DNA from: Bigelowiella natans CCMP2755
Taxonomy: Eukaryota; Protista; Cercozoa
DNA: 64,000 nt
Assembly (NCBI GenBank): GCA_000320545.1
Contig: ADNK01000422.1
Location: 1 to 64,000 of the forward strand
Direction of reading: 5' to 3'
The translations under genes and the position numbers were made by a program. The notes under the pieces are model-generated. The model ran no database searches. It was given only the letters and a program-made list of their open reading frames with translations, and was not told where the DNA came from. Positions 12,090 to 21,608 of this stretch are shown piece by piece; position 1 is the stretch's first letter, and each line of letters opens with the position of its first letter.

Positions 12090-14744
12090 TCATCGCTTTC
12101 GGAACTTCACCAACCACCAGGTAATAGATTCCTCTCTAACCTTATCTCCTTTGTCGCTTACCCAGAACTCACCTTCGTCCTTAGGTTCGTGTCCATACCA
12201 GCCCTCTGCATCAAGGTCCCCCAGGACCTTATACCAGTGCTCAAAGGGTAAGTCGGGAACAGCTAGGTAGAGTAGCTGATATTTTCCGTCCTTTATTTTC
12301 ATAGCTACCCTCTCCATATTTCGTAATCCAGGGTAGCCTAGATAGACAATCTTCATGCGCCAATCGTCGTTCACCCTGACCTTATTGTTTCCATATTCCA
12401 CATCGAACTTAGGTCGGGGTCCTAAACAAGGCATTGCTCGCTCCCACACAGTAGGGTTTACTTTAACATCCTCTAGGAGCTTCTCACCGATATCATAATT
12501 CTTTAGGTGACTGATGTGGCGCAAGGTGACCCTGTTCCCATCATAGATGTAGTACTGCTTCCTCCCCTTCCTCTCGGTAACCTTTGCAACGCCACCCCAG
12601 AAGGGGTCTTGTTTATTTCTCGATCTCAGATTTACCTTGGCCCTAACATACTGTCCTTCCTTTAGAACTCGGCCATCGTACGGGACCTTCTCGTCTTCGC
12701 TCTCGGTATCGTCGTCGTTGTCGTCGCCTTCTTCCCTCTCCTTATCCTTGATACCTCCCCCAGACGTGAAGGTGTCGTTTACTAACCCTTGTATCTTGTC
12801 TGGTGTGGTGCTATTTATCCTGCTTAGGTTGGCCAAGGTGCGGTGGAGTCGCTCTACCTTGGAGTTGGACTGGGCATAGTATACAGGTGAGGCATCAATA
12901 TTAGGGTGTGGTAGCTGTAGAAGAGAGGTCTCATTATCCACATGTAACTTCTTTGGTATCTTGTTTATGCTAACTTCATCAGGGATAGCCTGGAGCTCAG
13001 ACTCCCAGGTACGGTAGCAGTTAGTAAGCCTCTGCTTATATAAGCCTTTGTTCTTCTTAGCAACGTTGACCTTGATAATCTTTTTAACCCAGCACTTTCC
13101 AGTGGCCACATCAACGAAGGTAAGGTAGTGATAGCCATCGTACTTATAAACATCAATTTGCACGATATCTAAGAAGTTCCTTGCTTTGATTTTCTTAGAT
13201 GCACGGCTCTTGCTGGACTCCTTGGTGGCGACGCCTGCCGCCTTCAAGCTGGAGCACCTGCAGCCACGCAGGTATGTCCTTATCTCTTTTAGCTTGTAGG
13301 GCCAGTAGTAATGGTAGAGTAGAGCAGTGATATGGTTTTCTCCTACGTGTGCAGGTCCATGGGCGGTAAAGAGAAGGGCTCCCCTGGTCCGCCGTGGCAC
13401 GTAGGTACGCCTAACATTATTAGTGTATACATATATCCTATCACTAAGTACCTCATGCTTGTGTTTGTATTTATCCAGGTGTTCTTGAAGGTGCTGGAGC
13501 TCCTCTGGCTCAGGCAGGAAGTCGCCGTCCTCGAAGGTAATCGCGTTAACCATAGGGGTGACCTGGGTAGGGACTTTCTTTTCGAACAGCCTGCTGAAAT
13601 AGTCAGCAAGCTGCTTGTCTCCTGGTGCGTAGACCACTGTCCTCTTGTCCCTAAACTCTTCCGTGTCCGCCCTCATAGCTGCATACTCATCGTTAGGCGC
13701 TTCGAGCTTGCGGTCGATGCCTAGGAGGGGCTTGTGGTCAGTCATTAAGGTGAAGCTGGGCACCGACAGCAGGTAGTATCTTAGTTTCCTCTGCGCCTCA
13801 GTCATGGCTTTATACTCTCCTTTTGTAGGGCTGTACTTGGCCTCAGCTGCTGTGCAGGCCCTGCCCCACACCCGTATGATCTGCTGGTCTTGGGTAAGTA
13901 CAGCAGCCATACCTAGCTTAGACCAGTCTGTCCATAGGGTAGCTGGTCTAGTAGTGTCTAGCTTAGCATTCAATAGGGTGTTGCTGCATAACTTTATTAG
14001 GTTATCGAAGTGGGCATCAAGGCCAGCCTTGGCCCACACCTTAGCGAAGCTGAGGCCTACAGAGTTCTCCTTCCGGTAAGCAGTAGTAAAAGCAGCTGCA
14101 GTCCTAGCGTAGGTAGGGGAGAACCTACGTAGTATCCAAGCTGCAGTCTGCAAGAATGACTTTAACTCCTTTGCATTCTTAGGTTTAGGGGCTTGCTGTA
14201 GTGCTGCTACTTTCTCGGGGTTTGGGGTGATGCGGCCTTGCTCCAGGTAATATCCACACCACTTGATTCTTGTAGCTAGGAATGTACACTTCTGCAGTCT
14301 AATAGTAAAACCGAAGTGTGCAAACCTAATAAATATATTTTCCAGGAGGAAGATCTGAGCGACGACTGTGTTGGTACATATTATGTCATCATCCACATAC
14401 ACAAACACAAACACCCACAACACAGACGCCATCCCATCATGTGTGTATGCCCTGTAGTTCTGACTACTGAACGCATCCCCTGATATGCTTAGGCCGTAAG
14501 GGAATACGACGAAGTGCCACTTCCTGTGCCTGCTGGAGAACGCGGTAATGGGGCGGGAGGTTTTGTGGATGGGTGTCTGCATGTATGATTCATTTTTATC
14601 TAGGGAAGAGTAGTATTTGTATCCTATGACGTGTTCAATAACGTCATCTATCCTTGGTGTAGGTGTCTGGATCCTCTTTATTACTCGGTTGTGGCGGATG
14701 AAGTTGTGAGCCAAGCGGAAGAAAAGGGTAAGTAGGTTTCTTAG
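12090..14744 (-). CDS. pol: Retrotransposon pol ORF2: RT, RNase H, integrase, GPY/F-like module and C-terminal Dam-like domain
   Basis: RT: FRLAHNF, SSLD, PYGL, YVDD. RNase H: WTDWS, EYKAM, TDHKPL, LADYFSR. Integrase: H-x3-H...CxC, VQID, HVDNE, SKVERLHRTL. Frame is open from 14744 with no ATG, so it must be entered by a frameshift from ORF1. Confidence 0.92.
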   Translation of the reverse strand, partial: LRNLLTLFFRLAHNFIRHNRVIKRIQTPTPRIDDVIEHVIGYKYYSSLDKNESYMQTPIHKTSRPITAFSSRHRKWHFVVFPYGLSISGDAFSSQNYRAYTHDGMASVLWVFVFVYVDDDIICTNTVVAQIFLLENIFIRFAHFGFTIRLQKCTFLATRIKWCGYYLEQGRITPNPEKVAALQQAPKPKNAKELKSFLQTAAWILRRFSPTYARTAAAFTTAYRKENSVGLSFAKVWAKAGLDAHFDNLIKLCSNTLLNAKLDTTRPATLWTDWSKLGMAAVLTQDQQIIRVWGRACTAAEAKYSPTKGEYKAMTEAQRKLRYYLLSVPSFTLMTDHKPLLGIDRKLEAPNDEYAAMRADTEEFRDKRTVVYAPGDKQLADYFSRLFEKKVPTQVTPMVNAITFEDGDFLPEPEELQHLQEHLDKYKHKHEVLSDRIYVYTNNVRRTYVPRRTRGALLFTAHGPAHVGENHITALLYHYYWPYKLKEIRTYLRGCRCSSLKAAGVATKESSKSRASKKIKARNFLDIVQIDVYKYDGYHYLTFVDVATGKCWVKKIIKVNVAKKNKGLYKQRLTNCYRTWESELQAIPDEVSINKIPKKLHVDNETSLLQLPHPNIDASPVYYAQSNSKVERLHRTLANLSRINSTTPDKIQGLVNDTFTSGGGIKDKEREEGDDNDDDTESEDEKVPYDGRVLKEGQYVRAKVNLRSRNKQDPFWGGVAKVTERKGRKQYYIYDGNRVTLRHISHLKNYDIGEKLLEDVKVNPTVWERAMPCLGPRPKFDVEYGNNKVRVNDDWRMKIVYLGYPGLRNMERVAMKIKDGKYQLLYLAVPDLPFEHWYKVLGDLDAEGWYGHEPKDEGEFWVSDKGDKVREESITWWLVKFRKR

Positions 14745-17064
14745 CTAGCACATGTCTCACGTTCCATGGTGAGTTGCTTGGCTCTATCTTCCCTTCCTTT
14801 GCCCATTCATTGATCTGCCACTCTATCTTTTCCCAGTCCGCTTCCGGTCGCCTATGTTCTGGGTCATTGATGATGCACTCTTCGTATCCCTTCTTTAGCT
14901 CGATCTTTACTGGGGTAAGCTTGCTGGAGGGCTTCGTCGTCGGCTTGGTGATGTCAGAGTACTTCTCGTTTAATATTTTATTAATGTACTTTTTGCCTTT
15001 GTCGATATCCCAATCATCAGCTGGGGGGGTCTTGTCCAGTAGCTCCGTTATCTGTCGGATGGTCTTGCCGGGGTTCTTCTTCCGTAGCTCGGTAGGTGTA
15101 GGTAGCTTGTTGTCCGCTAGGTCCATAAACTCTAACGCATTAACGCTTGACTCAGAGGTCCACTCGTCAAGCCGTATCATGTTCTGGCTGATGGTCCTGC
15201 CTGACTTCTTTGGCAACTTAGCAAAGTATATCTTGTGATTGTAGAATGATATGATCCCCCCTAATTTTTCTAGGGCATCCTGTCCGAGGAGTAGTTCCAT
15301 GGATAAAGTCATGGCTACTCGGGTCTTGATTTGGGTCTCCGCGTCGCTGCCAGGTATCTGTAGCTTTAGCATTAGCTCACCGACGGTCTTCATGGAAGAG
15401 CTTCCGTCTGCTTGAGCATATTTACGTTCTTTCTTAGTCACTTGATCCAATAGTCCTAACCTTCTTACTGTGCTTAGGCTTATGAAGGACTTCGGCATGC
15501 TGCCACTATCCCAAAGGGCAGGTAGTTTCTTGTAGTCTCCGTAGCTGTCTTTAACTTTAACCTTGGTCATAGCAACTTTGATAGTCCTGTTAGCGTCTTC
15601 GTCATTAATGTTGCATACTCCTAAGTTCTTTATGTCGTCTAGGGTCATGGGCTTGTCTTGGTCCTGCGTTGCTGGTACTGCTGTCTTCGTCGGCGCCTGC
15701 TTAAGGTGATCTAATATTCCGTTTATCTGCTGCTGTATAGCATTGATACTGTTCTGCTTTTTGTTCTTATATTTATTGTTCTTCCCGTTGTTGCTGCCTT
15801 GCCATTTGCTGTTGTTATATCCTTGTCCTCTGCCTTTCTTTCTCTTTAACTTCTCGTAGTGTTCGTTGAGCTGCCTGATCGTCATCCTGGGTCGTCCTTC
15901 TTTCCTGTCTCTGCAGTCTTTAGCGGTGTGTTTCCCTTTACGTGAGCAGTATCCGCAACGTCGGTTACCTTCCCTGTCCTTGTACCAGTCTCGCTGCGGC
16001 TTAATAGCGTTAATGTTTCCTATGCCAGGTACCTTAGGGCTGGTAAACTTGCGGTCCTGCTCCTGCTCGCGTAGGGATATAGCCTGCACTGCTGCCTCCA
16101 TCGTGGTGTAGCCTTTCTCCGTAACGTAAGTGGATTCCTTTATCTTTAACTTGAACTCTTCAAACCTTGCCTGATCATCACCTGTGTTGTAATTAAAATC
16201 ATGTAGTTCGTCGATCATATCCTGGAAGCGCGTGGCAAAGTCTCTAACAGGTTCTCTCTCATGCTGCATCATTGCTCTGTATTTTCTAATAGTCTGGGGT
16301 AGGGAGTTAGCATCCTGTTCATTTACAAAAGCCTTCATTATCGCCTCAACGTCTCGTAGCCCACTAACTGTAGTGTGTATTTTCTCTAGCTGCCTGATCC
16401 GGGTCCTGCCTGTCTCGTAAAGGTCCATGGCTTGCTTTATTATAGCTAGCCATTTGAGCTTGTCGTTTTCGGTGGGGTTAGGGGTAAAGTCGCAGAGTAT
16501 ACTCCTAGCGTTCTTCCACCACCTCCTTGCCTCACCTCTTTTCCCGTTGTATTTCGTTATCATAACCGGTGCTGTTTTAACAGACATGAACTGGGTGTTC
16601 CGCTGTACCGGCTGCTGCTGCTTGACGGTGCTCTGGGTCGTCCCCCGCGAGGCGCCCAGACTCCCGTCGTTCCTAAACAAAGCTGCCCACTCTGGAGGTA
16701 AGTCTGCTTCGTAATCCATGATGTCCTGCATGATAGCTGCCCAAACATCATGTGTCTGATACTTGTATTCTATCGATACTTTCAGTTTGGCGTAGTTGCT
16801 CGCCCTGGGTCGCAAGGCTCGTAATGCCATTACGACCTTCTTGCTTTCGGCGGCCACGTCCTCGTCGTCCGCCTCGTAGAAGTTCTCCAGTGCCTCTGCT
16901 GCTGCATCTGCTTTCTTAATCCCGGGTGCTGGTCCCGGCGGTGCCTGTGGAGGTGTTCCTCCTCCTTCCTTAGCGTCCGTATCGCCCTTCCTTTCCTGTT
17001 TCTGCTCGTGCCCTTGCACGGCCTGCGAGCCAAAGTCCTGCTGTTCTTCTAGCTGCTGTGACAT
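14644..17064 (-). CDS. gag: Retrotransposon ORF1: Gag with zinc knuckle + aspartic protease + start of RT
   Basis: Capsid-like region, CGYCSRKGKHTAKDC knuckle, protease ALWDSGS...LLLGQDAL, RT N-terminus GKIEPSNSPWNVRHVLAKK. Confidence 0.92.
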   Translation of the reverse strand: MSQQLEEQQDFGSQAVQGHEQKQERKGDTDAKEGGGTPPQAPPGPAPGIKKADAAAEALENFYEADDEDVAAESKKVVMALRALRPRASNYAKLKVSIEYKYQTHDVWAAIMQDIMDYEADLPPEWAALFRNDGSLGASRGTTQSTVKQQQPVQRNTQFMSVKTAPVMITKYNGKRGEARRWWKNARSILCDFTPNPTENDKLKWLAIIKQAMDLYETGRTRIRQLEKIHTTVSGLRDVEAIMKAFVNEQDANSLPQTIRKYRAMMQHEREPVRDFATRFQDMIDELHDFNYNTGDDQARFEEFKLKIKESTYVTEKGYTTMEAAVQAISLREQEQDRKFTSPKVPGIGNINAIKPQRDWYKDREGNRRCGYCSRKGKHTAKDCRDRKEGRPRMTIRQLNEHYEKLKRKKGRGQGYNNSKWQGSNNGKNNKYKNKKQNSINAIQQQINGILDHLKQAPTKTAVPATQDQDKPMTLDDIKNLGVCNINDEDANRTIKVAMTKVKVKDSYGDYKKLPALWDSGSMPKSFISLSTVRRLGLLDQVTKKERKYAQADGSSSMKTVGELMLKLQIPGSDAETQIKTRVAMTLSMELLLGQDALEKLGGIISFYNHKIYFAKLPKKSGRTISQNMIRLDEWTSESSVNALEFMDLADNKLPTPTELRKKNPGKTIRQITELLDKTPPADDWDIDKGKKYINKILNEKYSDITKPTTKPSSKLTPVKIELKKGYEECIINDPEHRRPEADWEKIEWQINEWAKEGKIEPSNSPWNVRHVLAKKPTYPFLPLGSQLHPPQPSNKEDPDTYTKDR

Positions 17065-17080
17065 TGTTAGTCAAATCGTT

Positions 17081-17098
17081 TCCCGTGTGTGGAAGCCA
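17081..17098 (-). other. Primer binding site TGGCTTCCACACACGGGA, 5 nt inside the 5' LTR
   Basis: Begins with TGG (complement of tRNA CCA); the complement ...TCCCGTGTGTGGAAGCCA looks like a tRNA 3' end (Glu/Asp-like by eye, not confirmed). Confidence 0.75.
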
Positions 17099-17103
17099 AA
17101 GGT

Positions 17104-17429
17104 TGTTGCGCGTAAGGTGTTCACAGGCCGAGGCGCTACGTGCACAAGTAGGCAGGGGGGGGGAAAGGCACGTTTGCTTCCTTTTGAAGAGTTGTGTTTA
17201 TTTTTATTAAAGATTATATTTTTATTAAATCGTGCACTGCGTAATCATTCGCGAAGCTTTCGCGAATGCCGCCGCACGTGGGGCAGCACACTTCCGGTGT
17301 GCTGCCATGAGTCCCGCCGGAACCCACGTGCCTATGCTGTATTAATATCTACGTTATCTATATTCTATATCCGCGACAACCCCTTTGTTGTCGCACGTGA
17401 CTTGTGCCCGCGTAGTGGTACGCGCTACA
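17104..17429 (-). repeat. 5' LTR (326 bp)
   Basis: Direct repeat of 11713-12038; contains a TATA-like segment, hairpins and two AATAAA on the minus strand. Confidence 0.96.
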
Positions 17430-18209
17430 AATACGTGTACATATGTGTGAATCTCTAGACGTGTATTTATAAATGTGTATCATCGTATCATTCTAGCATT
17501 TTGCTTTATGTCATGGCCACATATGTGAACGCAGAAAAAATCATTTAAACGAGGTAATGGTAATGTAGCGCGTATCGTACGTACGTACACGCGCACACGT
17601 CTAGACGTGCATTGTGCTTGCGTAGCTTGCATGTAGCTAGCACTAGAGCTAGGTTGCTCGCAAATTAATGAAAGATCGCGAGCATTGCTATATTGCATGC
17701 TGTACATCGCGTAATGCATCGCTGCTGTATTATATGTGCTAGTGTGCTTCGTAATCGCATCGATCGTTGCATCGATTGCTACCTGCGACGATACGCCAGC
17801 ACTTCTAAACTTGCAATGCAAGTTGGCGGCCCGGCTGCAGTATTTCTAGATTTTTTTTGCGAAGCAGCATGCGCCTATGCTGTGAGATGGAAGTAGCTCG
17901 TGGCGGGGCAATAAATATACGTGATAGAATTTTGTGCGCTGCAGTAGTGCACGGCATGCAGCGACGAAGTTGGCAATCCAAACGACTGATTGCGTTTGTA
18001 ATAGAGAGAGGAGAGGGGGGGGAGGAGGAGAGAGAGAGAAAGAGGAAGAGAAAGAAAGAGAGAAAGAGAGAGGGTGAGAGGGAGATGAAAAGCGGGGCGG
18101 GGAGGTAGTGTTTGGACGATGTAAAATATTTTTCAAATGAACTCTACTCACGTTATAACTACACACAACAACACACAAATTATGCAAACATGTAAATATC
18201 TAAATCTGT

Positions 18210-18264
<55 letters not shown>

Positions 18265-18276
18265 CGACATATATGG

Positions 18277-18312
<36 letters not shown>

Positions 18313-18585
18313 GTTGTGTAGAGTGCCATTTTGTAATAACAGTGCACAAAGTTTTGATATTCAGTACGTTTTTTAATCAAAGAACGTCGCTTCAATCAAT
18401 GATTCTATGACTACTCAGAAGCGTTTCCGTTTTCACTCCTTTTATTCGTCCCAAACAAGTCCACTTTGTTCACAGATACAAAGATACAAATTTCTTTCAT
18501 CCATTGGTAGCCTTTTGTTGAAATTTGACACTATGTTATTTTTCTGTAAGAGACTTCGTCGACGTATACACGAAGGAATGTACAA

Positions 18586-18986
18586 TTAATCTTCGTCAGC
18601 ATCTGCTGCAGATGAAGGGTGAGGGAAAGAATCCATAGCCTTCATCAGGCCAGCCTCAGCAGCTAGGCGGTTAAGAGCATCGTCTCCTCTACCCTTAAAT
18701 CTGATGTATCCACAAAGAGCAAATGTTGTGTATTCGCTGGTGTAGACTCCGGTTCCAGGATCAACATGACCAACGTTAATCTGCACTGCGGCATGATCCT
18801 TGGATGCAATCAGTCGGCCAGTTGCAGAGCTGAAGTACGAAATTACATGAGAAGGGATATTTATGGATAGAATGGGTGGCGCATTTTTAGCTTCAATTAC
18901 CATTTTCTTGGATGGTAGAGTTCAGCAATTCCACTGGAAGGGGAGTTGTCCTGTTGAGGCTCAGCCTTGACGTCCATTCCGTCCAT
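18586..18986 (-). CDS. RPS21: 40S ribosomal protein S21 (eS21); exons 18986-18901 and 18829-18586
   Basis: Spliced product ...[31 protein letters not shown]...FALCGYIRFKGRGDDALNRLA matches eS21; 71-nt GT-AG intron 18830-18900. Confidence 0.95.
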
Positions 18987-19430
18987 TGTTTCAGAATTGT
19001 GAGGGGTTGTGTTGCAAACGTGTCACTCACAACAAGCGCAAAAAGAGATAAGTTCAGATTAATATAGTAAGATTTATCCTACGTTTATGTAATAAGACTC
19101 ACTATACAAAAACAACGAAATCTTAAGGCAAACACCGCATAAAATTTCTCCGAGCTCCGGGGATTGGGTAAAATACCGGCATAGGAATCCTCGAGATGAT
19201 CTCTGGTATTTTGGTGGTCAAATATTGATTAAGGTAATCTGTTATTAACCTGCGACATCAAATATTTAACACATATCTGAGTTTTTAGAATTCTCCGACT
19301 CCTTAGAATTCACCGAGTGCCGTCGCATGATTCCCCCCCCCGTTGTCTCTAGATTTAGCTTGTGTGCACCTGCCTTTTCTTCTCATTGATACTCTATTAG
19401 AAACTTATAATACAATCATTACGTATCAGG
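18987..19430. promoter_or_regulatory. Probable bidirectional promoter shared by RPS21 and RPL3
   Basis: 444 bp between divergent ATGs; repeated AATT(T)C(T/A)CCGA motif at about 19143, 19289 and 19307. Confidence 0.55.
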
Positions 19431-20621
19431 ATGTCTCACCGTAAGTTTGAAGCTCCTCGTCACGGGTCCCTTGGGTTCCTTCCCAAGAAGCGCTGCCGCC
19501 GTCACCGTGGTCGCGTTCGCTCTTTCCCAAAGGATACCACCGATAAGAAATGCCATCTTACCGCTTTCATGGCATACAAAGCTGGTATGACCCACATTCT
19601 TCGTGAGGTTGACAGGGCTGGATCGATGCTCAACAAGCAGGAGACTGTAGAACCTGTTACCATCCTCGAGGCACCTCCTATGGTAGCTGTAGGAATTGTT
19701 GGTTACATTGAAACCCCACGTGGTCTTCGTGCCCTTACCACTGTATGGGCTAAGTTTCTTGCTGATTCTGTTAAGCGTCGTTTCTACAAGAACTGGTACC
19801 GTAGCAAGAAAAAGGCCTTCTCCTCCCATGCGAGCAAGGATGACGATGATGCTGACACGCAGAAAGAGCTGGAGAGAATGAAGAAATACTGCCAAGTGAT
19901 CCGCGTTCTCGCCCACACCCAGATCGAAAAATGCAAGCTTCGTCAGAAGAAGGCTCACCTCATGGAGATTCAAATCAACGGTGGTGCTAATGCAGGCGAG
20001 AAGATCGATTTCGCTAAGGAGCTCCTTGAGAAGCAACTTCCCGTCGACAGCGTCTTCGCTCAGGATGAGATGATTGACGTCATTGCAGTCACAAAGGGTA
20101 AGGGATACGAGGGTGTTGTAACTCGATGGGGTGTTACCCGTCTTCCTCGTAAGACCCATCGTGGTCTCCGCAAAGTTGCTTGTATCGGTGCTTGGCACCC
20201 TGCTCGAATTCAGTACTCGGTTGCCCGTGCTGGTCAGAACGGATACCATCACCGTACCGAGATGAACAAGAAAATTTACAGAATTGGAAAGGCTGCTCGC
20301 CCTATGGGAGATGGAAAGCAAGGAGGAGCCAAGCCCAAGATTCATCCTAACGCTACCACCGAGGCAGATCTTACCTCTAAGGCCATTACGCCTATGGGAG
20401 GATTTCCTCATTATGGTGAAGTCAACGAAGATTATGTCATGCTTAAGGGCGGTGTTCCAGGTCCTAAGAAGCGTGTCATCACCCTCCGCAAAACCTGTGT
20501 GCCACAAACTTCACGTGCGGCTACCGAAAAAATTACTCTCAAGTTCATCGATACCTCTTCCAAGTTTGGACATGGCCGCTTCCAGACTTCAAAGGAAAAG
20601 AGAAAGTTCTATGGAGAATAA
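19431..20621 (+). CDS. RPL3: 60S ribosomal protein L3 (uL3), intronless
   Basis: [18 protein letters not shown]...[18 protein letters not shown]...[16 protein letters not shown]. Confidence 0.98.
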   Translation: MSHRKFEAPRHGSLGFLPKKRCRRHRGRVRSFPKDTTDKKCHLTAFMAYKAGMTHILREVDRAGSMLNKQETVEPVTILEAPPMVAVGIVGYIETPRGLRALTTVWAKFLADSVKRRFYKNWYRSKKKAFSSHASKDDDDADTQKELERMKKYCQVIRVLAHTQIEKCKLRQKKAHLMEIQINGGANAGEKIDFAKELLEKQLPVDSVFAQDEMIDVIAVTKGKGYEGVVTRWGVTRLPRKTHRGLRKVACIGAWHPARIQYSVARAGQNGYHHRTEMNKKIYRIGKAARPMGDGKQGGAKPKIHPNATTEADLTSKAITPMGGFPHYGEVNEDYVMLKGGVPGPKKRVITLRKTCVPQTSRAATEKITLKFIDTSSKFGHGRFQTSKEKRKFYGE

Positions 20622-21198
20622 AGTACTACATAGAATCTCAATTTCTCTCTCTTTGATATTCGATATTGTATTTGCTTCATTGCAAGCGAAGAATTACTAT
20701 GGATTGGGTCATGAAATTGCAGTGAGTATGTAGAATGCAAGTATGGAAGAGAAACGTTGAACTTATACTTATTATATATCTTCAACCAAAACTTCTCGAT
20801 GTACAAATTTAAATTAATGTGGTATAAGTACTGCATGTTGAGGTCCGCCTGCGCGCCATGCACATCCCTACAAAATTGCATAGTACGCGCGATTTTATTA
20901 AATTTTCATTACGTACAGAGAACGCTGGCTGGTGCTCCTCGCTCCGGCTAGCCAGTCGCAAGTGTCATGCTGCGATGCGACGCAAACAAATTGATGTGAT
21001 GGTCACACATTCACAGATTAAGTGCATTAGGATAACCTCATTATTGCTCATATTATTACTACACACATGAGATTTCGCAATCACTTCTACTGCACATGCA
21101 TCATGTCATTGTCATTACATTCACGTTCGCGAAGTTGTGCAATGTAGCGGCTATGCAGCGTAAGCTGATGTTGAAATATTGTGAATGTGTGGGGCGCC

Positions 21199-21608
21199 CT
21201 AGAGCTCAAGGGGGGCGGGTTTGCGGACACAGCAATCGCAGGCGCCCTGCTAGCCTGCGGCCCTGCCTAGCGCCGCCGGCCGAAACTGACTTGCGGAAAT
21301 GGCTTCTCTTGGCGCGTTGCGCTATTTCCGCATTTCACCATGCCAAAACAGAGCATTTTTCTGAAATTCAGTGAAATCTGCAATGGAAACTTGCAAACTT
21401 CACTGCAACCACCCGCAAATTTCTCGCGCTCCGCGCGAAAAAAACACTCTTTTGGCCGTAAAACCCTCATTTTCGCCCCCCTTGAGCTCCATCTGCAATG
21501 GAAACTTGCAAACTTCACTGCAACCACCCGAAAAATTTTCGCGCGGAGCGCGAAAAAACACCCCCCTTTGGCCGCAAAACCCTCACTTCCGCCCCCCTTG
21601 ATCTCTAG
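21199..21608. mobile_element. MITE-like non-autonomous DNA element with about 20-bp terminal inverted repeats and a duplicated 3' half
   Basis: ctagagctcaaggggggcgg (21199-21218) vs ccgccccccttgatctctag (21589-21608), 1 mismatch; flanking TA could be the TSD; 115-bp tandem units start at 21376 and 21491. Confidence 0.6.

Larger units (their letters stand above)
11713..17429 (-). mobile_element. Full-length Ty3/Gypsy LTR retrotransposon (5717 bp) with 4-bp target site duplication AATA
   Basis: Two 326-bp TG...CA direct repeats; AATA at 11709-11712 and 17430-17433; PBS and PPT in the expected positions; domain order gag-PR-RT-RNaseH-INT. Confidence 0.97.

Noticed and set aside
12090-12494. Chromodomain or env-like ORF after integrase
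   Set aside because: No chromodomain pattern (Y.VE.I...YLVKW.G) and no signal peptide or TM segment; an MTase-like pattern fits better.
19419-20507. 362-aa ORF antisense to RPL3
   Set aside because: Typical shadow ORF produced by strong codon bias of a highly expressed gene.
21376-21608. CRISPR-like repeat
   Set aside because: Only two units, the intervening parts are homologous rather than unique spacers, eukaryotic context, no cas genes.
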